A stretch of 64,000 bases of DNA from Eutreptiella sp. 'Long Island Sound 2002' (GCA_964036045.1 OZ038378.1:187922001-187986000), one strand, 5' to 3'; counted from the stretch's first letter, positions 45,632-60,088 are shown. Program-made: numbers and translations. The notes: generated from the sequence alone by a model not told the origin.

Positions 45632-47233
45632 GTATTGCACCCGCAAATTCTTGCACACAGCATGCGTGTAGTTGCACGTAGCCCGCTCATTTGTTGTGCA
45701 CAGCCTGCCTAGACAACCTGAAGTTTGCTGCCCACACCCTGCACATTGTCTCACAGCCTGTGCATTGTTGCATACATGCCGCACATTGTTGTACACAGCT
45801 TGCACATTGTTTCGCACGTTGTCGCACATTGTTTCGCACAGCCGACACACTGCTGGACATGACCTGCACATCATTGCGCACAGCGCCCACTTTGCTTATT
45901 GTAGCCTACCTCCTGCAGATTGTGGCCCATAGTGGGCGCATTACCGGACACAGCCCGCACATTGTATTGCACATAGCCTGCCTGCACATTGTTGCACAGC
46001 TGTCAAGTTGTTGTACGCAACCTACCTGGGCTCTATCTTGATTGTGTGAAGTGTTTTGATCTAATACGACAAGTGGTGCTATTGGAAATTGCCCTGGGGC
46101 AGGGCATATTGAGAATTGCTTGGGCAGGACATGGTTACACAGGGGTGTGCAATGAGCTTGTCATTGGCTTTTTTTCCCCTCTACAAACGGCATCGTAGAA
46201 GCACGCCTTTTCGGTGTCTTCATGAATCTGTTGATGCGCAAGAATGAAGCATTCGAGTAGATGCATGGCCTACACTTGGAGGTTAATCAGCCCAAGAAAG
46301 CCCTACACCTTATTGTCCTGGCACTTGGATATTAAGATTGTACATGTGGTGTGGCAACAGGAAGATAAGTCAGTGGAGCCCAGAGACCTTGTACAGCGAC
46401 TTCATTGGCATCATCGGGTTAGGATGTGAACAATAAGAAGTTAGTTTCTCTACACCCCAACTTTCGACACCACATCACATATTCAAGGAAAAGCTTTTCC
46501 CTGGCCACATAAGAGGAGAGGGGTCACAGACACTGGGCCATTTTGATCCCCGAAATAAGGTTGTGCCCGGCCTAATGTGACCGGCCTACACACATCTAAC
46601 TTTCTTTGCATCCAGCTCAAAGACTTCTAGGCCTTTGAGATCAGAGGGCTCTGCACAATTTGGCGACTAGGCAGAGCCAATGAAATTTTCTGTCTCCCAC
46701 ATCCAGGGCATAGAGTGGCGGTCACTGGTGCACAAATATGCTTGTTTTTGTATGGCTAGTGCACCTGTGCAAACCACTTTCTTTGTGATGCCACAGTCCA
46801 TGTGGGAAGCCAACTCACACTCCCACATTTAGCAGAGCATTACAGATTGCAAAGCGACTATGCTGGCAACTGTCAGTGAACTGGTGGGAATACCAGGCAC
46901 GGAGGTGATGACCCCCTTTCCACTCAACTGGGCTCAAACTGGGCAAAGCTTGACCACAAGATTCGCAACCATTTGCAATCACAATTGATACCAGCCCGGG
47001 CCCACTGGTCCATATGCTGGCTAGGCTCTTTGTCGGGCTTCACTGGCACACAAACAGACAGTAACTGCTTGCCTGCTTGCCAGAACTTTACAGATCATTG
47101 CTTGAATGTGCCATTTGGAAAGCTTTAAGGGTTTTCCCCCGTCTACTTTGCAGTGCAATGGGGGCACTGCATGTGCGTCATATGCAAAAACCTGTAGTAT
47201 TTGCGCTTGAAACTCTGTGTGATACAGGGGCCC

Positions 47234-48237
47234 CTGTAGTTACCCCCCCCCCTCTCGTGCCCAGGAACCGTATTGCGCAAGAAATAACCCCTTTTCCTGA
47301 CACTACCCCACCCCCCCCCTTGTATAAGCTACGCCCTTGTCCAAGTCCAAGTCGGTGGGGACCTATTGCTGAACTTTCCACTGTTCTATGGCCAAGCTAC
47401 AGTAGGTGTAGGGACCATAATAATTGTGTACGCAATTTTAATTGCGTACAAAATGTAGTGCGGCCACATAAGACATGGGTTTGTCGTCACATTTGCCAAT
47501 TACATGGAGTTATGGACACATTTGTTGTGAGTCTTTGCCCACTTCAACCCACATGGCTTTGATTTTGGGGATATTTTTGCTTTATATTCTCCTTTCTTGC
47601 ATCAACTCACCATGCAATCTTCTCTTTTTGAACCTGGCCGTCCAGTTATTTTCACACGTTCCACCGGTGATCGTGTGGATGCTACAATGAAGGGACCATC
47701 GGAGAAGGGGGACCAATTTGCGGTGTTCGAGTACATGAAGGGTGGGCGGATGGTCACACACCCCTGTGCCCCCCTCCCAAGAATCGAGTTCTTCATCCAG
47801 TCCCTAGTTTCCAAGCCGAACATTTGTAGGCTTCGTATTCTTCATTACTTGTGCCAATTTGGGTGTGAACCTGAAATTTTCATATTCCCAAGGCTTTCTT
47901 GTGTTTGCATACACTTGGAAATGTGGGCGGAGGTCAAGGTGCACTCATACCATGCACGCGCGCATGTGTGTGTCGGTATTTGTATTTGCTGTGCACAAGC
48001 TACGCCCTTGTCCAAGCTACAGTAGGTGTAGGGACCGTAATAATTTTGTACATTGGCATAGCTTATACAAGGGGGGGGGGGGTACTACCACAATGCAGGG
48101 CTGCTCATGGCGGTTCGCAAGAGCTGACCCCTGGTTCCGCCGCTTTTTTTTGCTTGAAAACACTGTCCAAGAAACATCTACTAATTCTGAGGCAAAACAT
48201 TGCTGGTTCCTGGGCACGGGGGGTACTCTGCTACACA
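47234..48237. mobile_element. MITE-like element in SAC intron 1 with nested inverted repeats; ends approximate
   Basis: CGTGCCCAGGAACC (about 47256-69) versus GGTTCCTGGGCACG (about 48205-18); CCCCTTGTATAAGCT (about 47316) versus AGCTTATACAAGGGG (about 48060); internal direct repeat GCTACGCCCTTGTCCAAG. Confidence 0.65.
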
Positions 48238-49502
48238 GTATGCAGCCGGCTCCTTGCACGCGGCGCATTCCTGTGTGCTATGTGTTGAGCCCCACATTGC
48301 CTTAGCTAGCACTTTGGCCTGCCGCATGATTTGGCCAAAAGCTGAAAGTAAAAACTCTTGTGCCAAGCAGTGCGGCCGGTCTGATTGCTTGCCCAAGTTC
48401 TCCTAATTCCGTGGTTTTGTGTCACTTAAAAGTGTGTGTTGGTCCTGCACAGATTCCCACGGTAAGTACAACCACAAGATGTGTTCATTTGTTTCTCTGC
48501 TCTTCGTGCAGCAGGGGCATGTAGAGGACACTCGCACCCCAGCCGATAATAATCGGAAAACCACCAGAGAATAGTCAAGTGCAGGCTATTATCAAACGAT
48601 TGCTCCCAGGAGGGGGCCGTTCGCTCAACAAACAATGCGTTCATGAGGCAAGCACACTGCCTTGAGGGCATCCGCAAACATACTACCAACACCCTTAGGT
48701 TAAACAGACCACAACATCCAGTCCCCTCCCAAGCATCAGCATCATTAGCCCCACAAGAGCTGCAGGTGCGGAGGAAAGCATTGAAACAATGTCTTGCCCC
48801 CTTTCTGGGCAAACACATGGTGGGTCATCCAGAGACTTGGTCCCATCCAACTTTTGCTTTTCGGAAGGGGGGGAGGGGGCACAGCCATAAAGAAGTACCA
48901 AAAGAAGTTCTGTCATCAGTGTGTAGTATGCCTGCCTCCCTATAGAGGGAAAAGGGTCCTCCTCATTGATTGATTGATCAGCTCACACACCCTCCACCAA
49001 GGTGAGAGGCGAGGACTAAATATTTGGACCTCTTGGCAGCCTGGAAACTAGGCATAGTATGCTACTGATGCCACTAACCCATACCGGTGTCCCTTTGTAA
49101 TATGCCCATGGCAGAGCAATTGGCAATTGGCACACACGCGGCCGACAGGTTGGCGAAGGTAGGAGCCAAGCTGTCCATTGTACACAAAATCAAATGGTAG
49201 AGTAGGCCACAGGATCCGCAATTGGAGAGGCAAAAGCAGAAGAACAAGCGAGGTAGGGGAATCAAAAGGCACACAGCAGTATAGGTGTGGGACAGTACAA
49301 CGGATGAAGAGGTGCATTCAGAAAGTAGGTGAAGAAAGCGCAAGTGGCAAGGGCCACTTGGATTGCCCGACCAGTGCGAACAGAGCTGTGGAAGTGGTAT
49401 AGCATAGCGAACGCTATTGAGTTGGTTCCAATGATTGGGCGTCACACACTCAGTCGCATACGCTCTGCTCACCATTTGTGCATGCTTGCACATTGCCAAC
49501 AG

Positions 49503-49859
49503 GGGCTGCTGCTGGTAGCCACGACCACCAAACAGACCGCGCGCTACCCGAGCCTCCAGGAGCACATTGTCTATACCGTGACGCAGTCCGAATGGATATC
49601 AATCCCGTTGCTGCAGCCCCTGCACGTGTTTCCCATGGTGCCAGCGAATGGGCTCCCCAGCGATGGCAGCCCAGACCAGGCTGCCACTGACGAGGCCCCA
49701 AGCTCAACTTCCACTGAAGATGAGGGATACAGTTGGCTTCCGCGATACAAAGCAACAGCCAAGCGACTGAAGCTGACGCGCCTGGACAACACGCATTACT
49801 TCTGCAGTTCTCTGGACCTCACAAATTTTTGGGTAACCAGCAGTGGGGCGGCAATGCAG
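49503..49859 (+). CDS. SAC9: SAC9-like exon 2
   Basis: GFE|GLLLVATT...VYTVTQSEWISIPL...HYFCSSLDLT; AG at 49501-02, GT at 49860 (an alternative donor near 49833 is possible). Confidence 0.85.
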
Positions 49860-50000
49860 GTCTCAGATGGGTTTACTGCACTGCACTGTACTGCCCTGCA
49901 TTGCGTTGTAATTGTGCTACAGCAGTTACTGATTTGCCCCCGTGCCCCCTGTAGCTGCGCTTCATGCACCAATGCACCTCTGTGCCCGACTGCTTCGCAG

Positions 50001-50387
50001 GCCACCCCCCGCAGTGGGACATGGGATGCGGCCGCCCCGGAGTTCGTTTGGAACGACCACCTGATGCAGCCGTTCCGTGACGCCGGAGTCCCCGACGTGT
50101 GCCCGGTGCTGCTGCGGGGCATGTGCTGCAGCTGGGACCTGCCGCAGGGCACCGTCTGCACATATGTGGTGCGCCAGTCCAACGTGAGCCCTGGCACGCG
50201 GTACTTGGCGCGGGGGCTGGGGGCCCACGACGGCTGCGTGGCGGCCGGCAATGAGTACGAGTGTGAGCACGTCGTGTGGCGTGCCAAGGAGGGGGCCCCT
50301 GCGGGCACGTGGTTGTGGGCGCATTACGCGTGGCGGCGGGGCTCCGTACCCATTGCCTGGACCTCTGTCATCAAGCCTCACGGCGAG
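50001..50387 (+). CDS. SAC9: SAC9-like exon 3
   Basis: EFVWNDHL, PGTRYLARGL, GNEYECEHVVW and WRRGSVPIAW (SAC domain motifs); AG at 49999-50000, GT at 50388. Confidence 0.92.
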
Positions 50388-53249
50388 GTCGACCGCCTTC
50401 TGTGCGCCGCCTGCTCATTGCAAATGCGTGCGACTGACAGATGTGAATGGGGGAGAGGGGAAGGGGATTTGCAGTCCGCAAATTTCTGCAAATTTCAGTG
50501 GCGCTCCTTGGACACTGACCTGACTGGCCCCGCAGGCCACGGGGGGGGGGGGGCTTGCTTGTCGGGCCAGACGCCCCCCCCCCCCCCCCCCCACCCACGC
50601 ACCCACACCAACGGCAACGAATGAGGAACGAACGACTGGGGCCGGCAGCGCCTGGAACATTTTTATAGCCTCTGTGGACCGAGGCACAGAATTTCCCCCC
50701 CATTTCCCCCCATTTGCCCCCCATTTGTGGTGAATGGTAAAAGGGACCCCCCGGACTTATGTATTTTCAAAATGCTCTGAATGAGACGGGGCAGTCAAAA
50801 ATGCCCTAACAACCCGAAAAATTTTTGACCCCCCCCCCCGCCCGCCACTCTGAGAACCCCCTGCCCACGTCGCAGGGGTTGGGGCCCGGAACTGGGCTGC
50901 TCCCCCCATGCCACTGCCACTTTGTCGCAGTATGTCAAGAGTAGTAGAATGAGGATTTGCTAAATGACCCGCATTTTTCTGCCAGTTTTTGCTAATGCCC
51001 TGCACAAACATGAGCCACATCACCCCCCGGAGCCTGGAAAGGCTGCACCAATGGGCAACACTTTGTGATTCAGAACCCCCTGACCCTGTGTTGCTCTTCC
51101 ACGTCAGTCGTGCTGAGCACTCTCCCTCCGAACTTCAATGTCATGGGAATGACTGAATGTGAAGCATCGCCGCCCCCGGCGCGGGAGGGACGCCAAGGGG
51201 CAGCAGCACCTGTGAGCAGAGGGACACCTGTCCCACTGTCACGAACCAAAAACGCTTTGCCCCCGTGGCTCCGGTCAAGCAATGCAAACATTTCATTAGT
51301 GAACAGCATGTACACCCTGGAAGCACCAACTGGCACACTTAGTTTAGCCCTTATGCCCCCCCCCCCCCCGCGCCGCCTTACCTCTGAAACTTGGAAATGA
51401 AATATGGAATTTGACATCCAGGCGTGTCCCCTCGCTGCCCTCCGTTTGTCACGCACTGGTGTGCACGCATACATTGAGACAAACTTGTTCGGGCACGGTG
51501 GCCTTCTTGGACTGCGCCCAGCCCCGTGCTTGGATGGGCAAAAAGAGGAGGCTGTTCAGATGGCACTGCCTCTTGTGAACACCAATTCCTCTACACAAAA
51601 AGCAATTGTGTGGGAGTGGTGCACGCAGAAGGGCATGCCATCTGGTCAGCAAGGGTGTTCTATGGATGTGCAGGCGCTGTTTCGCCGCTCAGACCACGTG
51701 GCCTTTTGTGGAGACCGTTGTGAACAAAAAACCCGCAGTGTCCTGGGGGGTTGTGTATATTGGGGGTCCACATCGCCTGACGCACAGAAGGCCCTGCCAT
51801 GTGACCGCATGCTGCCGCCAGAGCACCACCTTGCTTTGCCAGGGGGCTACAGGAGGGGGCTGCAGGAGGGGGCTACGGGAGAGTGGTACAAGAGGGAGGG
51901 GGGTTACAGGAGGGGTCTATGGGAAGGGGATACTGTTGCTCGATGCAACCTCAGAGGTCACTGGAGCAGATGGAGTAACGGGAGGCTCTCCAGGGAGGAG
52001 CCTCAAGCCCTCCGTGTGGGACAGGTCCACACGCACAGGTCTCCGAGTAGGTGCCCCAGGGAGGGGGATGGGGAGGGTGTGGGCCGCCAATCCTGTGTGC
52101 CACACTAAAAACCAAACCAAACCTGGCATTGAACCAGAACCAGAACAGAGCCGCTTTCATCGGTTGCTGCAAGCCACCTCGCCCCAAGCAAAGCTGGGTC
52201 AGGGATGTGCTCAGTGCTTGGCCGGGCTTACATGGTGGAACGGGATGGGATGGATGGGTGGTGTTAGGGCAAAAGAAAGTTTGTGTGCCCAAAATGGATT
52301 TTTTAGTTTTGGGTGGGTGGGTCACCTCCCCGGGCCTGGCTTTGCCCCTTACCTCACCTCAGATTCGCAGCGATGCGCTGCCTTGCAACTGCTGTGGTCT
52401 GCACCTGTGCAGTGCTGTGCAACAGTGCGCTGCTTTGCGGCCGCTGCTTCTTGCAGCTGTGCAGCCATGCTCGCCTTGCATCCTCCCCGCCCCCTCTGTG
52501 GCACAACGCATGCATAACACGACAACTGGCAGGCTGCTGGCCATGCATAGCAGCACACATGTCCGCGGTTAGGCAGGCGCGTACCGCGGCCAGCCACCTC
52601 ATGCGCCCGGCAGCGTGTGGTGCGCGCATGGCCTGACTCCCCGAACGAGGCTGGGCCACTACCCCCTAAGGCCTCAGTGGTTTGGGGGGGGAAGCCGAAA
52701 GCCTAAAGCCCCCCCAATACCGAGGCCTTGTGCCACCCCCCCCCCCCCCCCGGTGTTCGTATCAGTGTAATCTCTGACTGAAGCAAACTGCGACATCCCG
52801 GGGAGCAGTGATACCACTGCCCAGTGGCGTTGGGCCTCTTGATCTTTTGTGTGTCGCTGCGTGTGCCCATGTGTGACTCTTCCCGGCTCGGTGTTGTGTG
52901 GCTCGGTGGTGGTGTTTGTCATCGTGTGGCAGTGGTATTGTTAGTGGTGCACAAATCTGTACGTGATGTACTTAGACCCCCCCCCCCCCCGCAGAAGCAC
53001 AAGGCAGATGAAACAACGGTCACAACACCCCAGTGCCAGATATGCGGGTCAAGATGCCCAAGGTGTCCCCCTTCCAAACCCCAGTAACATGCACCCTGAG
53101 GTTCGGCCGGCCAGCCATGCGGGCGGTTTTTTCACCCAATCCCCCCAGACGGTACGAGTAGTCGGCCAAGCCACCCCTGATATAATAGGACCACCACAAA
53201 CCAAGTCCCCCCCCCCCCCCCGCCGACCAAGGGAATGGAAAGGGAAGGA

Positions 53250-55740
53250 GTGGTGAGAGGCCGATGGGCACCATGGCCTATGGAGGGAAAGGCCAAGGGA
53301 AAGGAAAGGGAAGTAGAGAGGGAAGGTTAGGGCAGGGAGGAAGAGGAAGGTCACAGGGCGGTGAGAGGCCGATGGGCACCACCGCCTATGGGGGGAAAGG
53401 GTCCAAGGCAAGGGCAGCGAATGGCGATCGGCCAGTAGGCGCCGCCAGCTGCAGAAGAGAACAACACGTCATGCCAACCCCCTCCCCCCCTCTCACCACA
53501 AACACTGCAAGGATCTATCTACTCTCATCCAAAGCCGCCTCTTTTGACACTGCATGTACTATGCCGTGCAGGAGGGGTTGCACCCCAGCATTGTGGTACG
53601 CGCACAACCCCATGCGTACACCGCACCAGGCAGAGGCAGGGGCCAGCTCAGTCGACCTCGAACAGCCTATGACCCAACCAACCCCACCCGTGTAGTGTGG
53701 CTGGCTGAAGTGAGGGATGAACGACAAAAACATCATAAAAGTGGGCGGAGAAGGCTGCATTGGCGGTCACCTTGTGCGCCCCCACAGTGCCACAGCCCAT
53801 ACACTAAACAGAGGCAGAAGTCCAGATGCCAACCATATTCGAAGCTCACCTCTCAACTCCACAGAGACACGGACACAGGGCCCGCACTATGCAGGTACAC
53901 TGAATGAGGCATGTCCGACTCAAGCCCGTCTACGCGCAAAGAACGGGCGCCGGCACAGGCGCAACGGTCGCCTGAGGCAGTGCCCTTCCGGCGGCCTGGG
54001 AGGTCAGGGGATCGAACAGTGCGGGTCATGTGTGGGTAACCGACACGTTGGTTGAGTCCGCCCCCCGAATGCCTGCACCCTCTCGCCCTCCACCCTCTGC
54101 CCCATCTTGCACCCGCTGCCTGCGCCCTTCGCTGCATCTCTGCTCCATCCTCCCCCCCCCCCCCCCGCAGGTCTGTCAGATCGCCCCGCAGCCATTCGAG
54201 GACGTGCAGGCGTACTGGGACCGCGTGTGGGCGCGCCACGAGACGGACGCCGTGTGCTGCGTGAACCTGCTGCGGTGCCTGGGGGGCCCGGGGCCGCCGC
54301 AGTCCCCCGGGCTCGGCAGCCCCCGGGACGGCGGCCGCGCCCGCACGCCCCCGCCGTCCATGTCCCGCAGCAGCCCGGCCGCCCCCCCGCCGCCGGAGCT
54401 GCAGTCGAGCTTCGACCTGATGGACCTGGACGCGCTGCGGGGCCCTGCCCCCTCCGCTACCCCGGACCCCCCCCCGGCGGCGGAGGCGGGGCCCGCGGAC
54501 GCCGAGTGGGACCCCTTCGCCGACCCCGCGCCCTCTCAGCCGTCGCAGCCCCCCTCTCTTTCGGGCTCTGCGTCGCCCTCCGACCCCCTTCCGTCCACCG
54601 ACGGGGCCGCGGATGCCCCTCAGCCTCCGGTGCCCCCAAGCCCCCCCCAGCCCTCCGACGATCCTCAACCCTCCGACACACCTCAGCCCTCCGTCGGCCT
54701 CGGGCCCGCCGATCCCACGCCCTCTGCACCCCCCGCACCGCCCCCACCGGCGGACCCCACGGAGGACTCGCGGGCCGCGGCGCAGAAGCAAGCCCATGCG
54801 CAGGCGGCGCGCCTCCCGCCGCCCCTCGTGCTGCCCGCCGCGGGCGCGGCCGAGCCCGTGCGGGCGGTGTCCCCGGCGCCGGACGGCCCGGACTCCGAAA
54901 AGGACCCGGAGCCGCGGACCGAGGCCGCGCCCGGCGCCGCGGTGCCGGACCCGGCGGAGGACCTGGACGCCCCCTCCAACTTGACGGGGGAGGCGCGGCT
55001 GGGGCGTGCGTACGAGGACTCGCTGGCGGGGCTGGCGACGGGCCGCACGCAGATCGTGCACTTTGACTGGCACGGGGTCGTGCGGAAGCGCGGCGCGAAG
55101 GACGCCATCGAGAGCCTGTGGCGCGTCGTCGCGGACCGGCTGGTGGAGTTCGGGGTGAGCCACGGGGAGGTGGCCTTCACGGCGGAGGGGGCGGCGCTGG
55201 AGCGGGCGCAGTGCCAGCGCGGCGTGTTCCGGTTCAACTGCCGGGACAGCCTCGACCGCACCAACCTCTGCATCTTCATCTGCATGCTCCAGGTACAGAA
55301 CGGGGGGCGGTCGGGCCTGCAGTCGTGGGGGGGGGGGTCGATGGAGCCCCGCCCACAGGCCGTTGCCCAGTGGCACACCCACGGAGGAGATGGTGGGGGG
55401 GGACTGTTTGTGTTACTGAAATGGGGCTCCAAGTCTGGGCCGCTTCAATAGATTTCTTTTTTTTTTTCCCCTGAGGAGAAGGTTTCTGCTGCCGGTGGGT
55501 GGGGGTTGGCCTGACCAGCCCCCCCCACCCCCCCTAAGGGACGTGTGCGTAGGGTGCGTAGGGAGGTGAGGATAGGCCAGGCAGAGAGAGGGAGGGCACA
55601 AGGCGCTGAGAGGCCGATGGGCGCCGCCGCCTACGCAGGGAAAGGGTTCAAGGGAAGGGCAAGGGTAAGTGGCGAGAGGCCATTAGGCATCGCCAGCTGC
55701 AGACAGCCATACAACCGGGCGTCATGCCACCCCCCCCCCC
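53250..55740 (+). repeat. Dispersed repeat family; copies at about 53250-53490 and about 55600-55740
   Basis: Shared GAGAGGCCGATGGGC(A/G)CC...GCCAGCTGCAGA...GTCATGCCA followed by a C-run. Confidence 0.7.
54171..55292 (+). CDS. SAC9: SAC9-like exon 4 (catalytic CX5R motif; long Pro/Ser-rich insert)
   Basis: CVNLLRC, GEARLGRAY, HFDWHG and QRGVFRFNCRDSLDRTN; AG at 54169-70, GT at 55293. Confidence 0.92.
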
Positions 55741-58321
55741 GCCCGGACCAAGGATGTATTTGAACAGCGGACGACCACAGAAGGAGCTCCCCTGGACCCC
55801 CCCCCCCCCGACCAAAGGGACCATTGTGGGAAAAAAACGACGTCACGTTCAAGAGAGGTTTAGCATACCCCAAGGGTCCGTAAAGTGGATGGTGGGGCGA
55901 CGCGTGCAGGGGCCGGTTGGCCGCCATCGTGCACCCCCCTGCTCCATGCACGTACCGCGGATAGGCTGCCGGCAGCGCTGGAGTTGTTGGAGGCAGTGCA
56001 AGTGCCCGCCTACCGCGCGTGCCTCGTGTTCAGGGGAAGGCACCGGCAATGTTCAGGCACGATGTTCCTCACCAGGGCTGCGCATGAAGCGGGGGGAGGC
56101 TGGAGGGAGGGTGCAAGAGCGGCTGCAGCAGCGGTTACTGGCGGTTGCAGGGTGGGTGCAGTCTGGCGGTTGCAAAATGGTTGGACACAATGGGGGGGGT
56201 CAGAAGCGGTTGAGACGGAACTGGGCGTCATCCCCGAAGCGGGGGGCGGGGGGGGCAGGGACTTGCTTTAATTTTCATTTCTGGCAAGGGGGGGGGGGGG
56301 GGCTCCCCCCTGGACCCCTCCCCCCCTCCCCTGGACCCCCTCCCCCCCCTCCCCGCTCAGCTCAAGTGCACCCGAAAACCTGGGTTTTGGGAACATATTT
56401 TAGTCATGAGGAAAAAATTTTTTTCGGCGCTTTTGGCACATGCCATACACTGTATACATATTGCTCCATGTGTGCTCCATATACCTTGTTTTCCAGACTA
56501 CCATGCCCCAACGCTTGTTGTTAGTGTATTTCAGCTCCCTGGTCCCACCATTGCCACGCGCAAAACGCGAAGACGTAATTGACGCGCTGGTCTATTTTAG
56601 GTTTAAAGATAGGATCACCGGTCATAAAAGACAAAAAGCCCAGGTACCCTCTGATCCGGAGTCAGTGGATGATGAGGCGCTGCCTAATAATTTGTCTGAT
56701 GTCTCCCATTCAGGCAGTGACTCAGGTTCGTCATCATCATCAGGTTCCAGTTCCAGTTCCACTACCGATGGGGGCTCCAGTTCAGGTGAGTCTAATTCTG
56801 ACTGACAAGAAAGATCACTGTCATTTGGCATGAGATGGTGAATGTCCCGCTTTGTTGTAGTTGTTGTGTATTGGTGAGATGTGGGAACCCTAAATTGACA
56901 TTCAATGATGAATTTTCTTTGTTTACGGCCGACAACATGACATTTCCATGTGCTGAGTTGTTCATTCTCCAATAATTTTTCTGTTCCCCGTGGATTGGGT
57001 ATGTTCCAGCAGGGGGGGGGGAGGGGACCCCTCCCCCCTGGACCCCCTCCCCCCCCTCCCCTGGACCCCCCCCCCCCGCTCAAGCCATTTCCGGGGGGGG
57101 TTCGAGCGCAGGCCTGTTCCTCACCATCTACACCGCACGCCCGCCGCTGCCTGAGGTAGCACCACATGACAAACGTGTACTGACGCGCCGCCGCCCAGCA
57201 CACCCACCAACGGGTGGCCCACGCGCTGCACCACAACACCAGCGCCGTACGCAGAGTTGGCCACTACGCCCACTACCACGGCTACACAACGTGACAACAT
57301 TCGACGGATGTCCCGTAGGCGCCCCCCCTATGAGTGTGCCGGCCACGCCATCGCGATGCCCTTTGGACGCAGGACATACTGACGCCAACGCAGGCGGCCA
57401 GACGGTGCAGGGGGTGGGCAACCCGCGCACCCCCACCATCAAACCCCCCGACTCGGGGACAACTACCACGCGCAGCCACCGCAGCGCCCCCGCGCCGTGA
57501 CCCCCCTCTTGCAGGACCACACGCCCGGAGCGCCTCCACAACACAATCCAGCGCGTGAAACTGGAGGTACCAACCGCCACACCGACTCCACGTTTATGCC
57601 CAGCCCCGTGTCCAACCTCCCCTCCCCCCCCCGGGCGTCTTTATAATTAGAAACCAACAGGGGGAGGCCCCCCCCCGCCTCCCCGGACCAAAGTGACCAT
57701 CGTGGGAACAAAAGAAATTTACAAAACGGAAAATCTGGTCGGGCCATTTTTGGTACACAAAAATTTTTGGGTCCCAAACACCCTCCCCCCCTCCCCCCCC
57801 TCGCTCCATCGACGCCCTGCCCCCTCCCTTTGGAAAGCAGGCGGAAAAACTCCGGCACTGTCTTCTTTGTAGGCCCAGATGGTCGCCCCACTCTACAGCG
57901 TGACCCCCCCCCCCCCCCCGAAAGGCACTGACCCGACAGATGTGCGTACGCACTCAGCCTCCACGGCAAACCCCCAGGCGTGCACTTGAAGGGGGGCTGG
58001 GAGCCCCCCAGCCCCCGCCCCCCCGTCCCCACACAGTCCTCAGCCTAAATGACAGATTGGCCCGTGTCCCGATCGCTTCTGTCCGCCACCAGCGGCGTGT
58101 CGACCGTTTTGTAGCCGCCTGACCTCCTTCCCCACTCGCTTTTCCAACCGCCAGCAACCGCTGTGGCCATCCCTCCCCCCCCCCCCCCCCCGCTCCTCCC
58201 AATCACCCCATTTCGTCCGCGTGCAACCGCTTCTGGGGCCCAGGGCGGTTTCTACTGCCCCCTCCCCCCGCCGTTAGCCCCCTCTTGTGCCCCCCCCTCC
58301 CCCCAACCGTGTGCCCTGCAG

Positions 58322-58939
58322 GTGCTGCCGCAGCAGTGCCACAAGGTGGGCGTCCCCCTGCCCACGGGGAAGGACTCCGGGGCCCTGACGCGGCCCCTGT
58401 ACAACGCCCTCCGGTCGAAGTCGCGAGACGTCGGCGACGGCGACACCGACGGCGAGAGCAGCGCGCGCGGCGCCAGCACCACCGCGTCGCCGATCACCCC
58501 CGCCGAAGCCGCGAGCGGCGCGTTCCCGAGCCCCCGGGACGGCGACGGGGAGTGGCCGTTCCTGGCGCTGGGCCGCCACAACCTCTTCAAGATGCTGCAG
58601 CGCTTCCCCCGCCGCACCCTCGAGCTCACCGCCGCGGCGTACGTGACGTCCGGCGACGTCTGCGCGACGCTGTACGCCAGCAGCCCCGCGATGCTCTCGG
58701 GGCTGCTGCGGCAGTTCGCGGGGGACCAGGTCAACGCCGCCGCCAAGTCGAACCTGCGGATCGGCCTCGAGCGGTTCTCGAACAACGTCCTGTCGGACGG
58801 GGACCGGCAGCGGGGCATCGAGACCCTCTTGGGGCGCCCGCGGGACCCGCTGCCGAAGCCACCGTCCATCGGCTACGAGCAGGCGTCGCGGTGCGTGCTC
58901 CTGATGTCGGACTCGAATCTGGAGCGCGACTGTGTGCAG
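58322..58939 (+). CDS. SAC9: SAC9-like exon 5
   Basis: LQ|VLPQQCHKVG, SGDVCATLYASSPAM, NVLSDGDRQRGIETLLG; AG at 58320-21, GT at 58940. Confidence 0.9.
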
Positions 58940-59537
58940 GTGCGGGTCGCGCGGGGGCAGGGCTGCGGTTGAGGGTGCCTCCAAACCCTTGCAAAAGTGC
59001 ACTAGCCCCCCATGCCATCCAAACATGCCTCTCTGTCTCAAAATTGATCCTCTCGCAGTGGCTATTTTGTTCGCAACCATTATTTTGCCGTCGCCGCCAT
59101 GCAATTTGACACACAATTTGACTGAAAGTTCGCGCGACAGTTTTGCATTAGTAGGGAGGCTGAAGGGAGGGTGCAAGAGCGGCTGCTGCAGCGGTTAATG
59201 ACGGTTGGAGACCGGGTGCAGTAGCCGTGCTGGCGGTTGCAAAACGACTGGACGGCAGTGCGGTGTGTGTGGAGGGGGGGGGGGGGGGGGGGGTTGGCAC
59301 AAGGCCTCGGTGTGTGTGTGTGTTTGATATGGGGGAGGGGTCGCAAACAGGCAGCAGTGACCAACGGCAGGCCTGACTCAAAAATGAGCTTGAAATTAAC
59401 GGACGGGAACCTGCCCCCCCCACCCCCATGCCCCATGATACGGACCTCACAATGATGAGCGCGTCGTGGGAACCGTTTTGACTCATATGTTGGTGGGTAA
59501 CCCCTCCCCGCCCTCCCCAAACCCCCTGAGTTGTGGC

Positions 59538-59557
59538 TCCTCCTCCTCCTCCTCCTC

Positions 59558-59581
<24 letters not shown>
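59538..59581. repeat. (CCT)n microsatellite
   Basis: Directly visible. Confidence 0.9.
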
Positions 59582-59592
<11 letters not shown>

Positions 59593-60088
59593 CCCCCTGC
59601 CCCCCCCCCGTCGGCATGTCGATAAGGGCCTCGGTCCCGGGAGCCCTTTTGAGGGGGGGGGTCCAGAAAGTGGGCTCGACCCCCACCCCCACATGAATTT
59701 TGTCCCACGCCCCATCAGTTGTGCACATTGAGTGGGAGTGCAACAACCCGAGGAAGGGGCTGACCAACGTGACCTGAAGAACGAATGGCTGTGAGTGTCC
59801 CTAGCGGGAACAGTCAGTCTGTCTGTCCCAGGCCATTGCTTAGTCGCACACACCCACACACCCACGCTGTCCTGGGTTCTGGGGTGGGTGGGTCAGAGGC
59901 CAAATAAACGTTTGTGCTCCCAAATTCGGCCTCCAATTTGGGCCCCCTTCAATGAATTTCATACATTTTCCGAGGAAAAGTTTTCTGATTTGGGTGGGGG
60001 GGGGGGCTTGGCTGGGGTTTGCCGGGCTCCTCAAGCAATGGCCGGATCAGTACGGACCATCGGGCCCCCCTCTCCTCCGGCTCCGCAG

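Noticed and set aside
51404-52517. 234-aa and 303-aa ORFs in SAC intron 3
   Set aside because: Low complexity, repeat-derived segments, no recognisable motifs.
53853-55382. Long antisense and alternate-frame ORFs over the GC-rich exons (also 23605-24474, 35824-36642, 58274-59176)
   Set aside because: Shadow ORFs from stop-codon scarcity in high-GC coding DNA.
56440-56805. Ser-rich ORF inside an intronic repeat
   Set aside because: Possibly a transposase tail fragment, but there is no diagnostic motif.
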